Source of the DNA: Trichoplax sp. H2
Taxonomy: Eukaryota
DNA: 64,000 nt
Assembly: GCA_003344405.1 (NCBI GenBank)
Contig: NOWV01000264.1
Coordinates: 1-64,000, forward strand
Reading direction: 5' to 3'
Below the pieces are notes generated by a model, which saw only the letters and a list, made by a program, of their open reading frames with translations, was not told where the DNA came from and searched no databases. Positions 40,401 through 52,400 of the stretch are shown in pieces. The stretch's first letter is position 1; every line of letters starts with the position of its first letter. A program made the translations under genes and the position numbers.

Positions 40401-43400
40401 GAACTAACTGCGAAAATAGTTAGTAACATCACAGTCTAATTTTAAGATTGGCTTATATTACAGTCAACTACTGTAATAATGTATATCATAGCTTCTCGTC
40501 ATTAACTTGAAAAATTTGTTATAAATGCAGTGTTCTAAACTAGAAATAACGATTATTTCAGATATCAACGAATGTCATACCAAACCCTGCCTAAATTCAG
40601 GAACCTGCATCGATGACATTAATAAATTTACGTGCCACTGCACAACTAATTGGACGGGCACCCTTTGCGAAAATGGTAAACAGCTTTTTCTTGATATGAT
40701 CTACGCATTACTATGCTGTCTGAAAAGCAAATCATTGTTATATACAGTAATTACAACTTGTACTTAGAATCGATCACTGATCTAAAGTAATTCTACGCTA
40801 TTTGTTGAATTTATAGATCTAAATTCATGTCGTAATAATCCATGCGTAAATGGTGCTACTTGTCAAAATACCGGACTGAATACGTATAACTGCAGTTGTG
40901 CACCTGGTTTCACCGGCTCGCAATGCGGAACGGGTTGGTTGATTATTTTGTGTAGCTAAATATATTTTTAAAAACTATCGTTATGCATTTTATTCTTACA
41001 TACTCTATTATAGTGTATGGTTAAAATCTCTATCATTCCTATCGGTAACGATATCAGGATGCATCTTTTCTAAAATACCATATGCAAAAGCATGTATATT
41101 TTACTTCATATAGCTGCACGATTGCACACTGTAGCTTTGATATCTCAATGAAATGTTAATTTTAAGCTTCCTAACGACATCCTGATCATGTATTTATTCC
41201 AAGTACCATCCTTCTCCTCAAAAATCGGAAATAATATTAACAAAATTTTATCTTGATAGGCATTAATGAATGTTCATCTAATCCGTGTGTAAGTGGGCAT
41301 GGTACTTGTGACGATGCCGTTAATCGCTATACCTGCTTGTGTTCAGCTGAATGGACAGGAGTCCATTGCGAAAATGGTTTGTACGCGTGAATTTGATTAT
41401 TATACCTTGCAATATTTGTTCATCACAGAGCTCGTGTATAGGAAATAGTGTCTATAGTGAGAACCCGATGATCATAAGTAAGACGCGGCGCTAGACCTGA
41501 GTGGATTAGCGATGTCAAGGATATTACATTTAGGCGTTAAGATAGTCGAGTGCCGCTAGTGAATAACTTTAGAGAAGATACCTGTAGCTTTAAGTGATAA
41601 TGCGGAAGGAATTTCAGTCTGAGATCTACCTGTTTATAGCTTATATGGTCTAAGTTTGCTATTGTAACATTTAGCAATAATTTTAAATAACAAACTCTTT
41701 TTATCTACTAATATTGGAAAAGGATTTATTGCGGAACTGTTCCCTAGTAGGGATAAAAACAGTGCTTTATTACAAACTCATACTTGGGGCGACTATAACA
41801 TGACTAAGCTTTCTAATTCTGTCCTAACAGATCTAAACAGCTGTCGAAGTAATCCATGTCAAAACAGTGCTACCTGCACCAACACAGGCCCTAACAGCTA
41901 TAACTGTACCTGCCATGCCGGCTTTACTGGAAAAAACTGCGAAACAAGTAAGTATAATAAACACACTATAACTAGATTTATTATTTGCGATTGCTAAGTA
42001 TTAGAATATCCTATCCTATCCAGTGGATGATAAATATTTTTATCACAGATATTAACGAATGCTTGTCGCAGCCTTGCCGAAATAGCGGCACGTGTATCGA
42101 TAGAGTTAATCGTTTCAGTTGTCAGTGTTCTAGAAGGTGGACTGGAACTACTTGTACTGGAGGTATGCTATTACTCTGCTAAAGTTAACTGTGAAATTTG
42201 ATAAGAAATGGTTTATGTGCTCATTACAAAAACTAATTCATAGCTATTGCAATTTCTAAGCGATTTTACATGAATCGTATAAGTATGATAAACTTTCTTC
42301 AACAGCACTACTTTTACATCAAGCAGACAAGTATCATAAATCATTTAGAATACATATATATATCCTTAAATATCGAAAAGTCCAAGTTGACACATTTCAA
42401 CTCTATCATAAGCCTAAAATTTAAGGTCCGGCAGCTTCATTCAAATGTTAAAGGAATACGTACATTTATTGGGTTCCCATCTCTATGCCAATATTCTTCT
42501 GTTAAGTGTCTATATAAGTGCCTTATGGGGCTACCATTAAAGCTGAGGGCACAGCTAAATCTATACGGATATTTTCAATTTGAATCAGTTTGAGGGTTCC
42601 GGAGGTCATACATAACTACTCTACGCTGGATTCGTGGGTAGTAACGATATGCTAACACCATATAATTTTGCTTACAAACCGTAAATAAATAAAGTGCTAA
42701 ACAATAAATTTCAAAGAAAATTATCACTTAAATTATTTAGAACTCTCGACCACCCCATCGGATAACTTACAACATGCTTTACAATTATAATGTTACCATA
42801 AGAATATAATTATTTAGCTAATCTAATCCAGTACCTTACCACAACTAATAGAATCGATTGAATATTTTCAGACTTGCAATATTGTAACAATATACCATGC
42901 GATAATGAAGGATTATGCAGCAATACTGGCATTAATACTTATTGGTGTCATTGTAGCCCTGGTTATACTGGCCAAAATTGTCAAACAGGTAAAATTGCAA
43001 GTGATTTATTAAATATTTGATCGCTTAGTCTCTTTAACTTGAACTAATTTTACGTTCATTCTAATTTAAACCGTAAATTCGACTGCGTTCGGTCGTAGAT
43101 ATCAACGAATGTGTCTCCAATCCATGCCAGAATAAGGGCAATTGTACCGATTTCGTTAATAAATTTAATTGTACATGCGATGCTGGATTTACAGGAAAGT
43201 TTTGCCAGGTTAACATCGATGAATGCCTATCATCGCCGTGTATAAATGGCGGACTATGCATGGATGGAATCGATCAATATAACTGTCAGTGTCCAGCAGG
43301 TTTTACTGGTATCCACTGTGAAATTAATATCAACGAATGTGCAAGTAATCCATGCATCAACAGCTACAGATGCCGTGATTCCATAGATGGCTACTTTTGT

Positions 43401-46400
43401 GACTGTAACATTGGTTTTACTGGCTCAAACTGTGAAACAAATATTAATGAATGTGCCAGCCAGCCTTGCTTGAATAATGCAATGTGCAATGATTCCATTA
43501 ATAATTATTCATGTATTTGCAATTCTGGCTTTACGGGAATATATTGTGAAACCAATATTAACGAATGCCTATCGATGCCATGCCGTAATAACGGCACCTG
43601 TATCGATCTGATTAATGCTTATGTGTGTCAATGTTTTAACACAGGCTTTACTGGACTTAACTGTGAAAGCAGTGAGTTTATAAATTCTTCTATCACTAAT
43701 AGAAGTTAATATGAGACGAATGCTAAAAAACGATATAATCTTGGTTTTCCTAGCTTTATAAGACAGTTTACGATTAAAAATTTATTATATAGATTAGATT
43801 AAATAATCATATTTATTATCTTCATAGATATCGATAACTGCCAATCAGCTATCTGCTACCATAATGGAACATGTATCGATGAGATAAGAGATTATCATTG
43901 CAATTGTACAAGTGGCTGGGAAGGCAAGCAATGCCTGCAAGGTAGTAAAACTTAAAATACCTATACAATATAAGAGTAATTGTATCAAAAACGACGCACT
44001 GATATTAAACTTATATACATTCAAATTAATTTTTCAATTCTCTATCTTGTATAATCAGAAACCAATGAATGTTTATCCAACCCCTGCTTCCATGATAGTA
44101 CCTGCATCGATATGTTTGACATGTACCGGTGCAATTGTACTAACGGATATAACGGCACAAACTGCGAAAGTGAAATTAACGAATGTGCTTCTTCGCCGTG
44201 TCTTCATGGCGGTTTCTGCGAAAATGCAATTGGTAGCTTTATTTGCCACTGCGGTTTTGATGGCTTTACTGGTGACCGATGTGAAATCAGTTAGTTTCGA
44301 AAATAATTAGAAATGTGATAATATTTACTGATGGACTTATACACATTGTTCAAAGATTAACACTGTTGAATACATTTATCTATCATTTTTCTGCAATGAT
44401 CTTGGTTAAGATTCCACTTTTTAACGAATCAGTTGTAATAACGTATAATCGGAAAAGCATGTCTACCCTTATTATGTTTTTACTGATAGACTTATGCATA
44501 CTTTATTATTTATAGATTCATAGATTAATACTGTACATTTATCTATTATTTTTCTAATCTAATTAAGGCTAAAACTTCACTTTTTAATAAATTAGTATAT
44601 AACGACGTATAATCTGATATACATGTTTACCGATAAGCGTTTCTATGCCACTGCTAGACTACGTATTCGATAGCATATTCGCTCAATCAAATGATGTTGA
44701 TTCCTAATTTTTTATCTCTTCATCTTTTAAAAATTAGATATTGATGATTGCATCAATAGTCCATGCAATAATAATGGGACATGCATCGATTTAGTGAACG
44801 ATTTTAGGTGTAATTGTGCTAATGGCTACTCTGGAAAACGCTGTGATATTAATATCGACGAATGTCAATCTCAACCTTGTATGCATAATGGAACATGCAT
44901 TGATCAAATTCATAGTTATCGATGTAATTGCCTTGGTGGATATACTGGCAATGCTTGTGCTATCAACATTAACGAATGTTCATCCAGTCCGTGTCAAAAT
45001 AATGCTAGCTGTGTGGATATTATCGATGAATATATCTGTGATTGTGCAAACGGCTTTACGGGTACTGTATGTGAGACTAATATCAACGAATGTCGATCGC
45101 AACCTTGCAGTAATGGGGCAACTTGCATTGACATGATTGATGGTTATAAATGCAACTGCAAGAATGGATTTACTGGTATTACTTGCGGTATTAACATTAA
45201 AGAATGTTTATCGCAACCTTGCCAAAATAATGGCACCTGCATTGATATGGTCAACAGATATATTTGCAATTGTAACCCTGGTTATACTGGAATTCATTGC
45301 CAAACAGATATCAATGAATGCCAATCACAACCATGTCAAAATAATGGTACTTGCTTCGATTTAATCAATTACTTTAGTTGTAACTGTATTGCTGGATATA
45401 CTGGACCTACCTGTCAAATTAACATTAATGAATGCCAATCGCATCCATGTCAGAACAATGCTACCTGCCAAGATATGGTCAATGGTTATAATTGCCATTG
45501 CGCCGACGGATATACTGGAAATACTTGCGATATCGATATTAACGAATGTCAATCTCAACCGTGTATTCATAATGGAACTTGTATCGATTTAATAGACGAA
45601 TTTAATTGCATTTGCGCTGATGGCTATACCGGAGTAATGTGCCAAACAGACATTAACGAATGTCAATCTGTGCCTTGCTTGAATAATGGAACTTGTCTGG
45701 TAAGTCAAATGGTTTATTGCATAGATCAAAGTCTTAGATTAGTTAAGTGTATTTTAAAAATAGCCACCAATTATCCTTTCCGGTCGTTTTATGACTGTAG
45801 TGTAATATGTCCGATATATCGAATGGTTTATTGTATAGACAAAAGTATTGATTAGTGAAGGCTATTTTATAAATAGCTACCAATGAATCTTTCTGATCGT
45901 TTTATGACTATCACTTTTAGGATTTGATTGGTAGCTATCAATGCCAATGTCAACCTGGTTACACTGGATTACAGTGCCAAGTCGATATCAACGAATGCGC
46001 TAGCAATCCTTGCGTGAATAGTGGAACTTGTTTGGATCAAATCAATCAATATCAGTGCAGATGTAATCCGGGCTATACTGGAACCCAATGTCAAACTGAA
46101 ATTAATGAATGTCAATCAACTCCATGCCTTAACGGGGCAATTTGTAATGATTACGTTAATTACTATAATTGCACCTGTTTACCTGGTTTTACTGGTCAAT
46201 ATTGTGAAATTGAAATCAACGAATGTAATTCTTCACCTTGTCGTCACGGTTAGTCATTTCTATCATTTTGAGCTAGCGTTAATTCAGTAGTTCTCAATCT
46301 TTTCGGGACAAAAGCCTCTTTTTATGCTATACAGTACTTAGTCTATTTAATGCAATATGTTCCAACCTAAAATCAGCAGGATTAGAGATTTATGTTAGCT

Positions 46401-49400
46401 ATTTTCAGCATATGATGGAAATAGTATCAACCTATCGCCTTTTTTAAGTCAAGAAATAATTTAAAGAGATTTATGATTGTTTTTTGACTTATAGGTGGAA
46501 CATGCAACGATTTCATCAATGCTTACAACTGTACATGCATCCCTGGCTACACTGGAATACATTGCGAAATCGACATCGATGAATGTGCGAGTAATCCATG
46601 CGTCAACTCCATTCTTTGCGCGAACCTTTTGGATAAATATCTATGCTATTGCAAGCAGGGCTTTACCGGCGTTAATTGTCAAACTAATATTAACGAATGC
46701 GCTTCAAATCCATGTCAAAATTCTGGTACTTGTACTGATTACGTCAACTATTATCAATGTACCTGCATGCCAGGATATACTGGTAGTACTTGTGAAGTGA
46801 ATATTAATGAATGTGCCAGTGCACCATGTCGCTATGGCGGTACATGTCTAGATCTAGTCAATGGCTATAACTGCACATGTGAAGGTGGTTATACTGGAGC
46901 AGATTGTCAGATTAATATTAATGAATGCTCGAGTATGCCTTGTTTAAATGGTGCTACTTGTATCGATAATTTAGATGCATTTGATTGTACATGTGCAGCT
47001 GGGTTTACTGGTGTAATATGTGAAACAAATATTAATGATTGCAACCCTAATCCATGTCGCAATAATGGAACCTGTACAGATTTGATTAATGACTACCATT
47101 GCAACTGTTTACCTGGCATCCAAGGCAAATCATGCATTGATAGCTGTAATGGTCAACCTTGCCAGCATAATGGGACTTGCCAAGATCAACACGATTCTTA
47201 TAAGTGCTATTGTGCAATAGGATATACAGGAATCGATTGTGAAATTAATATTGATGAATGCAGCAGCAGTCCTTGTTTGCATGGTGCGTGTTTTGATGGT
47301 ATAGATGGTTATCGATGCTTATGCATTGTTGGTTATACTGGAACTAACTGCATTACAGAAATTGATGAATGTTCTGATCAACCGTGTATTAATGGAACAT
47401 GTCGAGATAGAATTAACGATTTTTATTGCAACTGCACACCTGGCTTCGATGGAAAAAGATGTCAAAATGACATCAACGAATGCCTATCCAATCCTTGTAG
47501 AAATGATGGCACTTGTATTGATAATATTAACAGCTACCAATGTACATGCTTTGGTTATACTGGTGTCAATTGTGAGACAGAAATTGACGAATGTGCTAGT
47601 TCACCATGTACTTCTAATGGCGTTTGTGTCAACAGGATTGGTAGCTATTCTTGCGCTTGTAAGCCAGGATTTACTGGTAGTAAATGTCAAACGAATATTA
47701 ACGAATGTGCATCATCGCCTTGCGTGCATGGATCTTGTGTCGATTCCGTCTTTGGCTATAAATGCAATTGTAATGCAGGCTATACTGGTGGTCATTGCCA
47801 GAATGAAATCAATGAGTGTGCTTTTGTGCATTGTTTTAACGGTAACTGTATCGATTTAATTGCAAATTATACTTGTAATTGTACAGCTGGCTATACTGGC
47901 CGATATTGCCAATTCGATATTAACGAATGCCAAAGTAATCCATGCCAAAATGGAGCAACATGCGCTGATTTAATCAATCGTTATCAGTGCTACTGCCAAT
48001 ACGGTTTTACTGGCACTCAATGTGAAACCAACATCAACGAATGTAGCAGTAATCCATGTCGTCATAGAGGAACATGCCATGATCAAATCAATGGCTATTC
48101 TTGTTCTTGTCCAGTTGGTTATACTGGAACAGTGTGCCAAACGGATATCAATGAATGCCAGCCTAATCCATGCCATAACCAGGGACAGTGTACAGATAAA
48201 ATAAATGGATACAATTGCACTTGCCTGTAAGTTTTTTATGCTATGCAACTGCTTCAAATAGTCAGTTTCAAGAAGCTCTGCAGTACCTTACCAGTTAAAA
48301 ATAGATTCAAATAATTTATTTTTTACTATACCATAAGAAGTAACTTTAGTTCATTAACATGCCAAAACAGGGACCATGTACAGATAAAATAAATGCTCAT
48401 AATTGTACTTGCATGTGAGTTATTTTATACAATATATTTACTCCAAATAGATCCGTTTCAATAAGCTCTAAAGTATCTTACCAGTTAAAGAATATACCAA
48501 TATAAATAGTTTATTCTCTTACTATAAGTAACCATCGTTCAATAACATACCAAAACCGGGGACAGAATATAAAATAAAAATAAATGGCTGTAATTTCATT
48601 TGCTTTTAAGATCTTTTATCAATCCAACTGCTTCAAATAGATCTGTTTCTATGAGCTCTAATGCGTCTTAATAGTTAAAGAAATACATAAACAGTTTTAG
48701 TCTCTTACTATAAGAAGTAACCTTAGTTCATTAAGACTACCATTTCAGATATATTACTAAAGCTTTGATTTTGTTGCATTAGACCTGGTTTCACCGGTGT
48801 AACATGCGAGACCAATATTAACGAATGTGCTAGCAATCCATGCGTTCATGCATTTAGCTGTGTTGATCAAGTTAATAACGTGCACTGTAATTGCCAACCT
48901 GGTTACCATGGCCACTTCTGCCAGATTCAAACAAATGAATGTTTATCATCTCCATGTGTTAATGGCACTTGTATCGACCAAATTAACTCATATCATTGCA
49001 ATTGCTCAACTGGTTTTACTGGCAGTAATTGCGACACTGATATCAACTATTGCACTAATGTCAATTGTAATAATCACGGTAACTGCATCGATTCACTAAC
49101 TACCTATCATTGCCAATGTAATCCAGGCTATACTGGCAAAGATTGTCAAACAGGTAACATATGCAATAGATGCCTGCATTTCTCTACGAAAATTTGTTAG
49201 CTGTTTGCAATATCTGATTCAATTTCATCTTAAACTTTATTAATACTTATCAACTTCAAATTTTAAAGTCGGTACTATTAAGAATAATAGAAGTCGATTT
49301 CTGCTAGTTAACAAATGATATATCCGGTGTATTAAGATTTTATTCCTATGCTAAAGATCACCTTTAAGAAATTAGATTAAATAGCTTAGGTAACGTAATG

Positions 49401-52400
49401 GATATTAGTAAGCGCAATATTTACCGAATAGTTATTCCCGATAGTCAGAATATCGGACATCAGATTAAATAATTACCTTCAGCAGCCATCCCATTAAACA
49501 TAGTTTATAAAATACTTCAAATTATTCATCTATGTGATATAATAAGTTTAATCTAGCTTTTGAACAGTATTAAATGATAGTATTACTCTTCATAGATTAT
49601 ATATCATAATAAATAGCTTGATTTATACTAGTAGTTAACGACAAAGTATGCGAATATAGACGATAAATAAACCAACATTGATGGAAATAGATATATAAAT
49701 TCTGATATTACCTCGAAGATGATAATCAATGTAAATGGCACGGTTATGAAAATTTAGTAAATATCAAATAGTATTGAACTAGATAATGATATCACTTTTC
49801 TAACTGGAAAGTGCTATAGATATTCCATACATACATCATGTCTTCAGCTTCAGGATATTTTAGTATTACATTGCATTTGTTGGACGAGATTTACCGCTCT
49901 ACAAATTAGTTGCTATCATTCATCTCATTTTATTTCCAATTATATAGAAATTGACCACTGCTTAAGCAATCCATGTGATTCTAATGGCAATTGTATTAAT
50001 AATCCAACTGGTTATAAGTGTTATTGTTATACCGGCTTTACAGGATTAGATTGCACTTTAGGTAAGAACTAAGCTAATTACAATTATATATGTCATCAAA
50101 ATAAGATAATATTATTGTAACATTGCTATCGTTAGATAGGATAAATATTGCCATGCTAGTCATCTAAATCTTGCAAGATAACTTAATAACCTCCAAAATC
50201 AACAATAAATCTATCCTGTTCTTCAATTATCTACTTTTTTAGTTACCTTATAGTAATATATTTCTATTATTAGGTAGAATAAATATTGTCAAACTAGTCA
50301 TTTAAAAGCTACAAGACAACTTATTAACCTCTAAAATCAACTATGAATTTATCTTGTTATTAAATATATCCAACTTTTAGTTACTTGTGTCAGTAATGGA
50401 ATAGCCTATCAAAATGGTAGCAGCTGGCTTAGTGATTGCAATAAATGTACCTGCGAAGGAGGACAAAAAAGTTGTACAATGGTAAATTTTCTTTTAATAC
50501 CTATTCCAACGATAGTAATATTTATCATTAAAGATAGTGAATTTATTAATCTCGTCCTGTATATTATTTTTATCCACTAATTCCTCTGTAGACTTGGTGC
50601 GGCCCAACAGCTTGCAATCCCTCACTACAAGGCCAATGTGGACAAAATGATACCTGCCAATCGTTATCGCAAAATGAATGTGTTAAGCCACCTTGCTCAA
50701 CTGCCAGTTTCTGCTCAAAAAGTGAATTAGGATTAGATTGCCTTAACTATGTTGGCCATTCACCAAGCAACTGTTACCGACAGTCATTTCTAATCGGCCA
50801 TAATAGCCTTACAAATGTAAGAAATTATAGCATGATTATACTAGCTTAAGGTCTCAACCGAGCTGAATGTTGAACGTTAGCTCGATTACATGAAAATTTT
50901 TAATCAGCGTTTCATATATCTACTCGCACATCAGGGGACAACCATCACTGAATTATGCAATGAATTACGATCCGTTAATGTATTGAAAAATTACTCAAAT
51001 AACGGCAGCCTTATTTTGCAATGTAAAATCGAACAGAAAACATCAGAGGGAATTCGAATTGCATTAGCCACGGTAAAATTTTAGCCTACGAGAGTATATA
51101 CAGCAAGCTTATTATTTACGTTAAAAACAATAAAATAAAATATTTAAAACTTTGCGCAAACTGTCCATATCTTCTTCGTATTTCTATTATATATTAATAC
51201 AACTGTAGTGATCTATTTAAGCATCAAAGTACTATCTAACTCATCACATCCAAATCCTAGCTGCATAAAGAATACATATCTTAGATATGCTATCTCTAAA
51301 TACATATTGCTCTACATAATGCCATGTTACGTTACACTACTGTATCTAAATATAATGATAGCGCTAGGTATTAATTATATTTATCTATAAGTAATCGCGT
51401 GTATATATATACACAACTACACATTAATTACACAAAAGTATTTGTAGATTTTTTAACGTTATTGACTACAATTTCTACTATCGCTAACAGATCTTTTCTC
51501 TCTATCTTTTAATTTGTAGAAATCCGCTTCCGGAAGTCAATACGCCCAGTCAGCATTGACAGCATTATTGTTAAGCCTTCAGACAGGACAAGGGAATAAT
51601 CCACCAGTTCAGCTATTACCCATCAAAGCGGAAGGTATTCATGTTAACCTTATACGTTATCATCAAATTTGAAGACATTTTATGTTTATCGTGCTAAAAT
51701 ATCGATCAGGATATGTCTATGATAGATTAAATAGCTAAAGTTTCGATTTTAGGAATCAAATAGTCATTTCATCTTTGAAACTTCGAAATGGAATTTAATA
51801 ATTCTCTCATGTTGTAGGTTTCAACGCTACTGTTATCGGTATCATCATCGCTATTGCTATTTTTCTGCTTGTAGCTGTCTTTTTGTATCGACGACGTCGA
51901 CGTAAACAAACTGCTCAAAAGAATTCTGTATCTTTCGAGCAACAGTTATCGTCTATCGCTCCAGCTACAAGTATAACTAATCCACTGTACAAAGAAGGAG
52001 ATCTGGATTTTCCAGATCTGCCTGCTCGGAAAGAAAGCCGTTTCGATAGTCCTGACCTCGACGGTGACGAGCAAGTTCAATTGCATAGTACCAGAAGTAA
52101 ATTTAGCGTTGATAGCTTTGCTAAGCGAAATCAAAACTATTCTAGTACCTATTTTGAGAATCCTGCCATCAATGATAACGAAAGTGCTCACCAGCAATAC
52201 CCTGAAACTAGCGTACCTAATAACGGTATAGTAACCAATACAAATGGCAAGGACGGTAGCCTCTATAAATCAGTTAACGGCAAAGGTGATAACGACAAGG
52301 TTACATTATTTATGACAAAGAAATCATCTTCCAAAATGCGTGAACGAAGTGATAGCTTACCTACCGATACCACGACTTTACAAAAAGGAAATGGCCTTCA

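Noticed and set aside
41377..42871. Slightly GC-richer intron patches as snoRNA or hidden exons, and ORF 42270..42593
   Set aside because: No canonical C/D or H/ACA boxes with terminal stems, no Cys pattern and no compatible splice sites seen; an Rfam scan would be needed.
44816..48257. Overlapping ORFs (44816, 45137, 45361, 45389, 46021, 46495, 47305, 47970, 48022)
   Set aside because: Alternative-frame or antisense shadows of repetitive EGF coding sequence; no independent protein features.
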